This document shows positions 49,142 to 59,522 of a stretch of 64,000 nucleotides of DNA, one piece after another. The notes beneath the pieces are model-generated. The model saw only the letters and a program-made list of their open reading frames with translations. It searched no databases and was not told the origin of the DNA. How positions within the stretch are numbered: position 1 is the stretch's first letter; each line of letters opens with the position of its first letter. The stretch is taken from NCBI GenBank assembly GCA_025839675.1, contig CP104013.1, positions 2,913,121-2,977,120 of the forward strand. The letters run 5' to 3'. The translations under genes and the position numbers were made by a program. The stretch comes from Candidatus Lokiarchaeum ossiferum. GTDB lineage: Archaea; Asgardarchaeota; Lokiarchaeia; Sigyniarchaeales; Promethearchaeaceae.

Positions 49142-49825
49142 TTATTCAAAGAACCACAATGATTTTTGATAAACGATATTCCGTAGAAGCTCAATGGTTT
49201 TTTCACTGTCTTTAACAAACAATTTCATGAAAATACGAGCAATGTGAATGCAAAACTGCTTTTGGGATTTTCGTAGAGAATTATATTCTGGACAAGAGTG
49301 AGAAATGGATCGGGCTTTCACATCAATTTTAAAGCGATATGACTGTGAAATTCCGCCATCATCTTTACTTTTAACAATTCCTTCAATTTTATCGTCAAAT
49401 GCAACTAAATCCAGTGAAACGGCGGAAGATCTTATTTTCCCGGCTTTTTCAAGAACTGAAACATCAACCAAATCCGACAGGAGAGCTTGATATGTCATGC
49501 TTGGAGTGATATCAATTGGAGGCCGCCATGATTGAGCTAATGCTGCAGCCATGGTTTTTGCTTTTAAAATCCCTTTTTCTTGCCAAGTGAGAAATTCCTG
49601 TTGTAATTCATCACTTAAAGAAATCGACTCGCTTTCTTTATTTTCAGAAAGATATTCCAGATGTATTGCTTGTTGAACTATTTTTTTTGTCTTCTCCAAG
49701 GGGGCGAGAAATAAATCGAAAGCAATGAAATTATATAACTCATCAACATTAATTTCGGGTTGATCAATAATTTTCCACCAGTGAAGGACGATATTTTTGA
49801 GATCCGAAGGAATTGTAAAGGCCAT
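49142..49825 (-). CDS. hypothetical protein in replication-gene neighbourhood
   Basis: 227-aa ORF between orc1 and PolD DP1; no recognisable motif. Confidence 0.5.
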   Translation of the reverse strand: MAFTIPSDLKNIVLHWWKIIDQPEINVDELYNFIAFDLFLAPLEKTKKIVQQAIHLEYLSENKESESISLSDELQQEFLTWQEKGILKAKTMAAALAQSWRPPIDITPSMTYQALLSDLVDVSVLEKAGKIRSSAVSLDLVAFDDKIEGIVKSKDDGGISQSYRFKIDVKARSISHSCPEYNSLRKSQKQFCIHIARIFMKLFVKDSEKTIELLRNIVYQKSLWFFE

Positions 49826-49849
49826 TTTTTCTTGTTCCTTTGTATTATG

Positions 49850-51793
49850 TTACATATCAGCAGCTAAATCAATAACTTGGGGAGTAAATTTGCCATTAAC
49901 ATTAATAATGGTCGGTTTCCCAAAATCAGGTTCAATTCCCAGACTTTTCTGGAAATCAGTTTGACCTTGGAAACAACCTGAGTTGATTGTTGTGATGCCA
50001 TGGTAAGTTCCCACGCCATTTTTATGGAGATGCCCGGTATGCAAAATATCTGGCAGGGTACTCATGATCATCCAATCTTCAAGTAAGGGGGCAATTTCAG
50101 TTTTTTTCCCATATGTAGGAGTTAAATCACGCGCTCGAATAAATTCATTCATTGTTTTACAAGGATCTTCGTGAGACATCCCTGGAATGGACATGTTCAT
50201 ATCAATCAACGAAGTTCCATGAAACATCTGGACCTTGATTCCGTGAAGACTAACCATAGTTGGGCAACCTACCATTGATATACCCATTTCATACATTGCG
50301 GGAGCCATTTCTTTCGAGATTGCAGGATTGGGCACAGCCTTCCGAACAGCATCATGATCACCAGGGGAAGCAATTATTTGAATATAATCGGGAATTTGAG
50401 AGAGATATTCAGCGGTGGCCTCGTATTGTTTATAAATATCTTTAATAAATAAATGTTTATCTTGATTTGGATAAATTCCAATTCCATCAACAATATCTCC
50501 AGCAATACAGAGATATTTGATTTTACCCGCTTGCTTTACTTGTTTATCCGATCCCATATTACAATTTAAATAATCAACGAATCGATTCCATTCTTTTTCC
50601 AGCCAATATTTACTTCCAAAGTGAAGATCGGATACAAAACAGATCGATAGGTCTTCTTGCGGATAATTTATGGGATGGGTATTGGGAGAATCAGGAAAGA
50701 TAATCTTATTGATCATGATAATGCGAGAATTCGTTTTTTTATTCACACTTAAATATCCATCCACAATCACTACATGGTCGGGTAATAGATAATTCATCAA
50801 ATCATAAAGTTCTTTAGGTTCTTGTCGCACTAAAGTCATACACGTTCCTGTTAGATCTTCAAATTCTATTAAATAATTCCGTTTTGAAGTTTGGCGTTTT
50901 TCAACTACCATCCCCACAAATTTCACTTCAACTGAATTTTCCAAGCGATTAATCATGTTGATATCCAAGAGACTATGACCTTCAGGACGTTTCTTTAAAA
51001 TTTTAGTCAATTTATGAAACTTATCCGCTTGGAGTCCGACGAATTCATCGAGTTTTCCATCGGTGAACATTTTTCCAGTAGGATCTGAAATGATTTCCAC
51101 TTCTGCATTATATTCTGAAGCTAATGGGCGAAAAGTTGAAGTTGATTGACGGATTTGAACACGTTGATAACTTTTCTTCTTTTCTTCCCGAATTCGCAGA
51201 ATTTCGGTTTCGTCCATCCGCCCTTTACTCGAAGATGGAGTCTCAAGATTCGATTCAGGAGGGAGTTGTTCCGAAACAACTTTATCATCCCCTAGATCTA
51301 TGGTAGGAAGAGGCTTTAATACTTTCTGACCTGGAGGATTTTGAGAAATACTTGGAAACTCGGGAGAATCAGGTGGTTCAGGAATATCATTCAAATCGTC
51401 TATTGGAATCGATTTTTTATTTTTTTTTCCTCGATCTGGAACGAGTACTGATTTTTTTTTAATAAGATTGAGTGAATTCTTGGAATTACTGGTTTGAGAA
51501 TTCAAGTTTGTTTCATTGCTACTATTATGATTAGAACGGCCTGAAATATCTTGTGGATGAATGTTTGGGGTAATTTTTGATCCATATTCTTGCAATAATA
51601 TTTCTAAAGTGACATGCGAATTAAAAATCGGTGAGAATGATATTTTTCGGATTAAATCTTCGAGTTCTTGCGCATTAAATTTCAAATCTTCAATGTAACA
51701 CAACGCTTCAGGGGAAATATTAATACGAGAAGCGAGAAATTTCTGAAGAATACTTTCGAGGGGAAATCCTTGAGGTGTTTGCGCAATGGTCAT
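49850..51793 (-). CDS. polB: DNA polymerase II (PolD) small subunit DP1
   Basis: 647 aa. The C-terminal calcineurin-like phosphoesterase fold carries 'VSDLHFG', 'GDIVDG', 'GDHD' and 'GHLH'. An OB-fold precedes it. A roughly 120-aa S/N/P/K-rich low-complexity linker follows the N-terminal domain. Confidence 0.9.
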   Translation of the reverse strand: MTIAQTPQGFPLESILQKFLASRINISPEALCYIEDLKFNAQELEDLIRKISFSPIFNSHVTLEILLQEYGSKITPNIHPQDISGRSNHNSSNETNLNSQTSNSKNSLNLIKKKSVLVPDRGKKNKKSIPIDDLNDIPEPPDSPEFPSISQNPPGQKVLKPLPTIDLGDDKVVSEQLPPESNLETPSSSKGRMDETEILRIREEKKKSYQRVQIRQSTSTFRPLASEYNAEVEIISDPTGKMFTDGKLDEFVGLQADKFHKLTKILKKRPEGHSLLDINMINRLENSVEVKFVGMVVEKRQTSKRNYLIEFEDLTGTCMTLVRQEPKELYDLMNYLLPDHVVIVDGYLSVNKKTNSRIIMINKIIFPDSPNTHPINYPQEDLSICFVSDLHFGSKYWLEKEWNRFVDYLNCNMGSDKQVKQAGKIKYLCIAGDIVDGIGIYPNQDKHLFIKDIYKQYEATAEYLSQIPDYIQIIASPGDHDAVRKAVPNPAISKEMAPAMYEMGISMVGCPTMVSLHGIKVQMFHGTSLIDMNMSIPGMSHEDPCKTMNEFIRARDLTPTYGKKTEIAPLLEDWMIMSTLPDILHTGHLHKNGVGTYHGITTINSGCFQGQTDFQKSLGIEPDFGKPTIINVNGKFTPQVIDLAADM

Positions 51794-52046
51794 AGTTTTT
51801 TTTTCCTATCAATTCTTACCAATTTGCATATTTAAAGCCAGACAGCATCGACATTTTTAAAGTTTTACTATGCCATAAGCGTCCTTGATTTAATTTACAT
51901 AAATTTCCCATTAAATGTATATATTGTCACGCTGACAAATCCAAATTTAAAGTAACATGTATAAAAGCACATACATAGGAAAATCATGTGAAAACATTCT
52001 TTTCCAAATCCTTCCGATTTTATATTCATCCCATTAGGTAAATATT

Positions 52047-55000
52047 ATGCCCGTCGTAATGTCCGAGAAAAGTAAAAAATATTTTGATAAAATTGAAGAA
52101 GATGTCAATAAAATTTATGAATTTGCCAATAAAGCTCGTGCTATAGGAATTGATCCAGCTCCTGAAGTGGAATCACCTCCTGCCCGAGATATGGCAGGAC
52201 GGGTTGAAAAGTTAGTTGGACCTGAAGGAATCGCCCAATATTTGCGGGAGTGGAAGGAAGCAGGAGAAGATCAAGATGAAAGTTGTTTTCGAGCAATGGA
52301 TTGGATCATCGATGGGAAATTTGGAAAGCAATATGATCCCAATGAAGCGGTTGATCTAGCAATTCGTGTCGCTTTAGCAATAAAAACGGAAGGAGTTGTC
52401 TCAGCACCCTTAGAAGGTATTGCAAAAGTCGTCATTCGAGAAAATTTAGCAGGGGGAGAACCGTACTTAGCACTTTATTTTGCAGGACCAATTCGAGCAG
52501 CAGGGGGAACAGTCCAAGCTTTTGCAGTATTGTGTGCTGAACACGTTCGTCGAAAAATGGGGATCGCAGAATGGAAAGCAACCCCCGATGAAGTGGGACG
52601 ATTTGTTGAAGAAGTGAAACTTTATGATCGAATTATGAACTTGCAATATCCCTCCACACAAGAAGAGTTAGCCTTTGCTGTCGAACATCTGACGATTGAA
52701 CTTAATGGAGATGCAACAGAGACCCAAGAAGTTTCAGCTTATCGAGATTTGCAACGTATTGAAACGAATTTTGTACGGGGAGGACCTTGTTTAGTTTTGA
52801 ATGATGGGGTTTTGCTTAAGTCTAAGAAAATTTTACGTGTTATTGATAAGCGGAAGATCGAGGGGTGGGATTGGCTCCGAAAATTAAAAAAATTGGCTCA
52901 TGCAGATACTAAAAAGAAAATAGATGAGGACGGGAAAGATAAAGCTAAGGATTATGGAGGAGACACTTACAAAGGTAAAAAGATCATTGAGGAAGAAGAA
53001 AAAGTTGAAGTTATAGCTGAATCCCCAGTGCAAAAACGCCAAGAATACTTGAATGAAAAAAATCCGCCTCTCAATAAATTCATTGCAGACATTATTGCTG
53101 GTCGCCCCGTTTTTGCTTATCCCTCTCGAATTGGAGGTCATCGCATAAGATATGGACGATCACGCAATACAGGTCTTGCCGCATGTGGCACGCATCCATC
53201 CCAAATGATTCTATTAGAGAGATATATGGCTATTGGCACCCAGATCCGAATAGAAAGACCGGGGAAAAGTGGGTCTACGATGCCTGTCACATCTATCGAA
53301 CCACCAATCGTTTTAATGAAAAATGGCGATGTAAAGCAACTTTGGGACATAAAGGAAGCTGCTGATATTGCGGACAATCGATTAACGGCTAAAATTCTCT
53401 TTTTAGGAGATATGCTTTTTGGGTATGGAGAATTTGCAGAAAATAATCACACAGTTCTTCCATCAGGCTATTGTGAAGAATGGTGGGCAGTGGAATTAGA
53501 AGATAAAATTCAAAAGATGACCGCTGACGGAGGCACACCCTTTACCGATCTTCCAGAAGATCTATCTCAACCAATAATTGAAAAAATGATCACAAATCCT
53601 TTTGATGAAATTCCCAATGGTCGCCAAGCTCTTGAACTTTCACGTAAGTATGATGTGGGAATCCATCCTCGCAGTTTAGATCATTGGGGAAATATTAATG
53701 CGGTTGATCTTTTGGCAATTCGGAAGCAATTTGGTTTAGGACTTTGTAAATTATTCAAAGTTGCCAATACATCTGATCTTTCTATTGAAGCGCCATCTTT
53801 AACCCAATTAGAAACTAAGTTCCAGGATGGATTTGACCTTCCCATAACTTCCGAAACCAAAAAATTCTTTGAAACCGCTTACACCCCCCATCAAAATTAC
53901 GATTCATATATACATATTGATCCAAACCGTGCGATTATTTTTTATGAGCTCTTTGGATTTGGGACATCATCCGTTTATACTTCCGAAGCAGAACAGAAAG
54001 CTCCCGAATTGACGGCATTGGATCTATTTCCTTACCTTACTTCTATCCGAGTTAATGATAAAGCCCCCCACTACATGGGAAGTCGGATGGGCCGCCCCGA
54101 AAAAGCAAAAGAGCGCAAAATGCGCCCTCCTGTTCATGGTTTATTTCCCATCGGACATGATTCCAAACTTCAACGGAGCTTTCAATCCGCTGCAGGAGTA
54201 GCCTACATTGAAGTGGAATTGGGACAAAAATCATGTCCAAAATGTAATTCCAATACATTTTTAAACAAATGTCCAAAATGTGGAACCTTGACCAACTTTA
54301 AAAAAATTTGTTCCCGTTGTAACAAACTGTACGATCAACAAGACACCGAATGTCCCGATTGTAATAGCTTTTTATCCAGTACTTCCCTAAAAAAAATCCC
54401 TTTCAAGAAATATTTTGAAGTGGCCGCCAGTCATATTGCCAAGACCATCCCCTCCTTGAAAGGCGTTAAAGGTATGACTTCCGAATACAAAATTCCAGAA
54501 CCGATCGAAAAGGGTATTCTACGAGGAATTCATGATGTATATGTTTATAAAGATGGTACAATTCGAGCCGATGCTACTGATATACCCTTAACCCATTTTA
54601 CTTGCCGTGAAATCAATACATCGGTCGAGAAAATCCTAGAACTCGGGTATGATCTTGATATCTATGGGAAACCCATTACCGATGAAAATCAGGTAATCGA
54701 GATAAAAGTGCAAGATGTTCTCCTCACCCATCACTTAGGTGATTATTTCGTCAAAGTGGCTAATTTTGTGGATGATGAACTTCATTACCTCTACAAACAA
54801 CCTAAATTTTATAATGTAAAAGATAAATATGATCTTATTGGCCACTATATGGCAGGCTTAGCCCCCCACACTTCGGCCGCTATCATTGGACGGTTAATTG
54901 GCTTTACATATGCGGAATCAGGCTATGCTCATCCTTATTGGCACGCCGCGAAACGTAGAAACTGTGATGGTGATGAAGACGGAATCATGTTGCTCCTGGA

Positions 55001-55721
55001 ATGTTTGCTGAATTTCTCAATGTATTATCTCCCTTCTTCTTTGGGAGGCAAAATGGATGCACCTTTAGTCGTTTCTTTGCTACTGGATCCCTTAGAAGTA
55101 GATGGAGAATCTCATAACGTCGATTATGCAAGCAAATATCCTCTCCGGTTTTATGAAGAAGCACTTACCTACAAAAAACCTAGCGACATGGACAGTTATA
55201 TGGTTCTTTTCAAACATAAACTCCGTACCGAAGCGCAATTTGAAGGGTCAATGTTTACCCACCCAACTTCTTCGATTAATCTCGGGCCTCGAAAATCTGC
55301 CTATACGACACTGGGTACAATGACTGAGAAAATTGAATCGCAATTGTACATGGCAAAAACAATTACTGCGGTTGATGCAAAGGATGTGGCCCGAAAGGTC
55401 ATCTCCTCCCATTTTGCTCCAGATATTTTGGGAAATCTTCGCGCATTCTCTACCCAAGGGTTCCGATGTATAAAATGTGGCGCGAAATATCGTCGAGTGC
55501 CTATATCGGGAAAATGTAATAAATGTCGAGCCGGAAAATTGCTCATGACAGTCCATGCGGGGGGGGTCATCAAATATCTTCCAAAAGCTCAAAAACTTAT
55601 TAAAGAATTTGATTTAGGGGACTATACTGAACAACGCTGGCAAATAATCGAAAAAAATGTAATGTCACTGACCAATAATCCCCGTGTGAAGCAAAAATCA
55701 ATCAAAAGTTTCTTCAAATAA
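52047..55721 (+). CDS. polC: DNA polymerase II (PolD) large subunit DP2
   Basis: 1224 aa, no intein. Internal Zn-finger cluster 'CPKCNSNTFLNKCPKCG...CSRCN...CPDCN' and C-terminal Zn finger 'CIKCGAKYRRVPISGKCNKCRAG'. Divergent from DP1 with a 253-bp shared promoter region. Confidence 0.9.
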   Translation: MPVVMSEKSKKYFDKIEEDVNKIYEFANKARAIGIDPAPEVESPPARDMAGRVEKLVGPEGIAQYLREWKEAGEDQDESCFRAMDWIIDGKFGKQYDPNEAVDLAIRVALAIKTEGVVSAPLEGIAKVVIRENLAGGEPYLALYFAGPIRAAGGTVQAFAVLCAEHVRRKMGIAEWKATPDEVGRFVEEVKLYDRIMNLQYPSTQEELAFAVEHLTIELNGDATETQEVSAYRDLQRIETNFVRGGPCLVLNDGVLLKSKKILRVIDKRKIEGWDWLRKLKKLAHADTKKKIDEDGKDKAKDYGGDTYKGKKIIEEEEKVEVIAESPVQKRQEYLNEKNPPLNKFIADIIAGRPVFAYPSRIGGHRIRYGRSRNTGLAACGTHPSQMILLERYMAIGTQIRIERPGKSGSTMPVTSIEPPIVLMKNGDVKQLWDIKEAADIADNRLTAKILFLGDMLFGYGEFAENNHTVLPSGYCEEWWAVELEDKIQKMTADGGTPFTDLPEDLSQPIIEKMITNPFDEIPNGRQALELSRKYDVGIHPRSLDHWGNINAVDLLAIRKQFGLGLCKLFKVANTSDLSIEAPSLTQLETKFQDGFDLPITSETKKFFETAYTPHQNYDSYIHIDPNRAIIFYELFGFGTSSVYTSEAEQKAPELTALDLFPYLTSIRVNDKAPHYMGSRMGRPEKAKERKMRPPVHGLFPIGHDSKLQRSFQSAAGVAYIEVELGQKSCPKCNSNTFLNKCPKCGTLTNFKKICSRCNKLYDQQDTECPDCNSFLSSTSLKKIPFKKYFEVAASHIAKTIPSLKGVKGMTSEYKIPEPIEKGILRGIHDVYVYKDGTIRADATDIPLTHFTCREINTSVEKILELGYDLDIYGKPITDENQVIEIKVQDVLLTHHLGDYFVKVANFVDDELHYLYKQPKFYNVKDKYDLIGHYMAGLAPHTSAAIIGRLIGFTYAESGYAHPYWHAAKRRNCDGDEDGIMLLLECLLNFSMYYLPSSLGGKMDAPLVVSLLLDPLEVDGESHNVDYASKYPLRFYEEALTYKKPSDMDSYMVLFKHKLRTEAQFEGSMFTHPTSSINLGPRKSAYTTLGTMTEKIESQLYMAKTITAVDAKDVARKVISSHFAPDILGNLRAFSTQGFRCIKCGAKYRRVPISGKCNKCRAGKLLMTVHAGGVIKYLPKAQKLIKEFDLGDYTEQRWQIIEKNVMSLTNNPRVKQKSIKSFFK

Positions 55722-55922
55722 GCCTTTTTTTTTATTAATTTGAGCTTTACATTTAACAAGGAATTAAATTTATATTGAACTTTGTTTCTTGCTAAAACAA
55801 AATTTAATTTTACAGTATGGGATATTTGTATTTAATAAATTTTACTTAACAATAATTACAGAATATGAAATTTTTAGTATAAAATGTAAGTGTTTAAACA
55901 AGAATCCTTCTTCTCCAAAGAT

Positions 55923-56945
55923 ATGCAACTTGAAGAATTTGTTCCTAAAATGCCAAAAATCGAGCTTCATGTCCATTTGGAAGGATCCATTCAACCCTCC
56001 ACTTTACTTCATTTGGCAAAAAAAAATCATGTTTCCTTACCCTCCCAAACCTTAAAAGAGATTTCACAATGGTTCACTTTTTCAAATATTTCCCATTTGT
56101 TCGAAGTTTACCCCAAAATATGTGAATGTATTCAAACTCCCGAGGATATTGAGTACATTACGAAAGAATTTTTAAAGGGGCAATCTAGCCAAAATATTCT
56201 CTATTCTGAAGTAACCTACACCGCTTCCAATCAATGGTACGACAATGGAATACCTTTAAGGGAACAAATTGAGGCGATTAATCGGAGTCGTCATTGGGCA
56301 GAGAAAAAACTCAATACATCTATGGGTTTGATTATCGATATCCCCCGACAACTATCTCCAGACCAAGGACTAAGTATTGCCCAACAAGTTGTGGAAAGTC
56401 AAAATTTAGGAATCATTGGTCTTGGACTCGGTGGAAATGAACGGGATTATCCTCCAGCAATTTTTCAGGATGCATTTGAATATATTAAAGGGACTCCAAT
56501 TCATAGTGTTCCCCATGCCGGAGAAATGGCAGGACCTCAAAGTATTTGGGATTCAATTCACTTTTTGGGAGCAGAACGGATTGGTCATGGTGTTCGATGT
56601 GGTGAGGATCCGATGTTAATGGATTTTCTTCGGGAACATCAAATTCCCTTGGAAATATGTCCAACAAGCAATATTTGTTTGGGAATCTATGAAGAATTCC
56701 AAAATCATCCAATCAATCAGCTTTTTCAAGCAGGATTAAATGTTTCCATCAATTCAGATGATCCAACATTATTTAACACAACACTTACACAGGAATTCCT
56801 AACATTGATTTCAGTTTTCAATTATAGTTTAAACGATCTTAAACGATTTACTGTGAATGCAATTAATGCTTCATTTTCTGGACCAGAAATGAAAGAAGAT
56901 CTATTTAAAAGGATAAAAAACGAGTTTTCAAAATTTGATGATTAA
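55923..56945 (+). CDS. add: adenosine deaminase
   Basis: 'PKIELHVHLEGS' (metal-binding HxH), 'HAGE' and C-terminal 'SINSDDP'. The ORF-track start is 55890; the Met at 55923 (MQLEEF...) is better placed relative to an upstream TATA-like 'agtataaaa'. Confidence 0.8.
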   Translation: MQLEEFVPKMPKIELHVHLEGSIQPSTLLHLAKKNHVSLPSQTLKEISQWFTFSNISHLFEVYPKICECIQTPEDIEYITKEFLKGQSSQNILYSEVTYTASNQWYDNGIPLREQIEAINRSRHWAEKKLNTSMGLIIDIPRQLSPDQGLSIAQQVVESQNLGIIGLGLGGNERDYPPAIFQDAFEYIKGTPIHSVPHAGEMAGPQSIWDSIHFLGAERIGHGVRCGEDPMLMDFLREHQIPLEICPTSNICLGIYEEFQNHPINQLFQAGLNVSINSDDPTLFNTTLTQEFLTLISVFNYSLNDLKRFTVNAINASFSGPEMKEDLFKRIKNEFSKFDD

Positions 56946-57447
56946 GATGCAATAATAGCCTATTTTTTTTTTTCATCATAGCATTTGACAGAATTATTCA
57001 TTTGATCGCATATTTCTTGATCTAACGGACTTGTGGGTTGATTTTGAGCATCAGGATGCTGCTCTGCAAATAACTTCTGAGAATTTTTCAATATTTTCTC
57101 CACTTTTGAATTTATTTGTGCAATTTCCATATCCGTCTAGATACAAATCAAATTTATTCCATATAGTTTTATTTATTTGTGTTAACAGTACAGATAGACA
57201 TAATTGTATCTCCCAATTTTCTTGTAGGTATTAAATTATGGTGCATACTTTACTACTTTAAGAAATTAGTAAGAAAATTTTGTAGAAATTATCTGAGAAG
57301 TAGTATTAATTGATCTTTTTTGATCATCGAATGATTCATTAAAAGAAAATCAAGATATCTTTTGTTTTTCGAGAATTTTTTAAATACTAGCAATTTTATA
57401 ATAACAAGCCACCTTGAATGTTGGGATTTCGATGATTTGATGAAATA

Positions 57448-57942
57448 ATGATAATTGAAACAAAATATACAGAAAAAGATTACCATAACGCCTTTTCTTC
57501 GTATTATTCTTCAGTATGGGTCTTTAAAATATTCCCAATGTTTGGCACTATAGCTTTTGTGCTCCCTTTTATTTTATATGGCATATATAAAAGGTTAAGT
57601 TACCATTTGGGACTCCTCCTTATAGTATCACTCTTTTGTTTTCTTTTTAAATGGATAATTATTACATTTAATGTAAAGGAAATGAAATCCAATAAAAATT
57701 TTGGGAGCGCTAATGTGGTTGAATTCTTTAATGATGGGCGCATTGAGGCTAGATCGGAGAATGCGAAATCCGAATTTCGAATAGATAGCTTCATTCATTA
57801 TAAAGTTTCTAAAGGTTGGATTTATCTATTTATTCAAAAAAATCTTTTTATTCCAATAAGGATTTCCGATGCTACTCCAAATGAGTCGTTTGAAGAATTA
57901 TTAGGATTATTGCATAAATTTGGAATAAAAAAGAAAGGGTAA
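57448..57942 (+). CDS. hypothetical membrane protein
   Basis: 164 aa with two N-terminal hydrophobic helices; the C-terminal half is soluble. No motif. Confidence 0.4.
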   Translation: MIIETKYTEKDYHNAFSSYYSSVWVFKIFPMFGTIAFVLPFILYGIYKRLSYHLGLLLIVSLFCFLFKWIIITFNVKEMKSNKNFGSANVVEFFNDGRIEARSENAKSEFRIDSFIHYKVSKGWIYLFIQKNLFIPIRISDATPNESFEELLGLLHKFGIKKKG

Positions 57943-58273
57943 TAACCGAATCTAATAATTTAGAAAATAATGGAAAATAGTTGAGAATTAATAGAATTTA
58001 GAACAGAATTTTATCCAATATTGTATTATTATTGAAGATACTGGCAAAAATGGTTAGAAAAATGTTGATAGACAGACCAAATCACTCCAATCAAAGATTT
58101 AGGTGTTGATAGTTTGATTGGCAATGCTCTCCCTATTAGCTCTTTTATCATTTTTTCTTCTCCTATGAAGCCATATAAAAAGTCCTAAAGTAGGTAGATG
58201 CAAAAAAATCGAAAATTTTTATATTGATCTTGTATTAGATTACTTAGATCGTTAATCCGACTAAAAAAACCAT

Positions 58274-58393
58274 GCACATGTAGCCAAGCTGGTCGACGGC
58301 GCTGGACTTGAATTGATCTCTTCAATTTTGAAGGATCTAAAGATATCCAGTAAGCTTACGCTTTCGTGGGTTCGAATCCCCCCGTGTGCGCCA
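58274..58393 (+). tRNA. tRNA-Ser (anticodon UGA) with 32-nt intron at position 37/38; CCA encoded
   Basis: Acceptor GCACATG/CGTGTGC (one G-U pair), D-stem GCC/GGC, anticodon stem CTGGA(58302-58306)/TCCAG(58346-58350), loop C-T-TGA-A, then an insert at 58313-58344. Long variable arm (class II), T-arm GTGGG-TTCGAAT-CCCCC, discriminator G, CCA at 58391-58393. Confidence 0.65.
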
Positions 58394-58645
58394 TCTTTCT
58401 TTTATTTCCTTTAATTGTGAGTTAGTTATTTTTGATACTATGGAATAATAGATCAGGAAGTCTAGTGAGTGGAAAGAAAGCATTTTGAGCTCTATAAATT
58501 AGAAAAATTAATTTTCATTTCAAGCGAATAAACTCAAAAAAGGATTAGATTGTTTCTGAAAGGAGATTAAAGTAAATTTTTGCTATGCAATAGGCTGTTC
58601 AAGGAATTTTTTTGGTTGCTTATAATCAGAATTCATGGCACAGGG

Positions 58646-59323
58646 TCAATTATCTGGTATCTCATCAAGCATTTTTTGGGAACATTCAGGACATAATCCA
58701 TGAGTAAATTCAGTACCTTTGCTCATGCGAAAATAATCATCTACTGGGAGCCAAGAACCTTCTTCCGAATGGATTTTTTTACATGAAGAACATATTGGAA
58801 GAATTGATTCGAGGGTGTGAATTTTCATTAAAGCTTCCTGAAGATCATTATTTCGAAAAATTAATTCTAAATCCGTTTCAATGACTTTCTGAAAGCTTCC
58901 AACGAGTTTATTATAATTATCTGTATAAGCATTCGGTTTTGAATCCAAAACACAGACGGTTCCAAAGATTTCACCGTTTGGCCAACTAATCGGAAATCCA
59001 AGATAAGAAATCATACCGAGTTTTATATCCGGATTCTGATTCCATTCTGGATCGTTTAAAGCATCTTGAACAATTAAGGATCGTTGGGATTGCATCACGG
59101 TGGTGCAATAGAGTCCACTTAATTTCGCCTTTTCTCCAACTTCATAGGGATTTCCTTGTGTGTTACTCGAAACAAAGACTTCTATATTTGGAGGAGAGAC
59201 ACGCATAATTAACCCAGAGGGGACATTGATAATTTCCGCCATGATATTAACAATTTCTTGCCAATTTTTAATAAATTTATCTGGAATTGAAGTAGAATTG
59301 GTGGAAATATCAAAATTTTGCAT
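58646..59323 (-). CDS. GAF-like sensor domain protein with C-terminal Cys-rich zinc-ribbon-like module
   Basis: 225 aa. N-terminal roughly 170 aa are GAF/PAS-like. The C-terminus is 'CSSCKKIHSEEGSWLPVDDYFRMSKGTEFTHGLCPEC' (C-x2-C-KKI...W...HG-x-CP-x-C). Confidence 0.5.
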   Translation of the reverse strand: MQNFDISTNSTSIPDKFIKNWQEIVNIMAEIINVPSGLIMRVSPPNIEVFVSSNTQGNPYEVGEKAKLSGLYCTTVMQSQRSLIVQDALNDPEWNQNPDIKLGMISYLGFPISWPNGEIFGTVCVLDSKPNAYTDNYNKLVGSFQKVIETDLELIFRNNDLQEALMKIHTLESILPICSSCKKIHSEEGSWLPVDDYFRMSKGTEFTHGLCPECSQKMLDEIPDN

Positions 59324-59522
59324 AATAATTATTATGAGGCAATATTTGAAAAAAAATATTATTAAAAATTATTTGTGGAAGAGATATTCTTCTAACAAAT
59401 TATAAGGCAAAATTACCATGGAGATCAAAAATCAAAATGTGAAGTCAAATTTTTTCACATTTTTGGCGTTAAGACATTTAAAAAGTCAATTCATCATTAT
59501 AATGGCATAGAATTATATAAGA

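Noticed and set aside
51794-52046. DP1/DP2 divergent intergenic region as the replication origin
   Set aside because: It contains TATA-like 'tttaaag' boxes consistent with two divergent promoters, but none of the TTAWCCG-type inverted repeats seen upstream of orc1. It is treated as a promoter region only.
52467-55592. Multiple 60-114-aa ORFs on both strands inside PolD DP2 (e.g., 52467..52661, 52884..53377, 54052..54276, 55248..55592)
   Set aside because: They are embedded in a 1224-aa gene with unambiguous DP2 motifs. Shadow ORFs.
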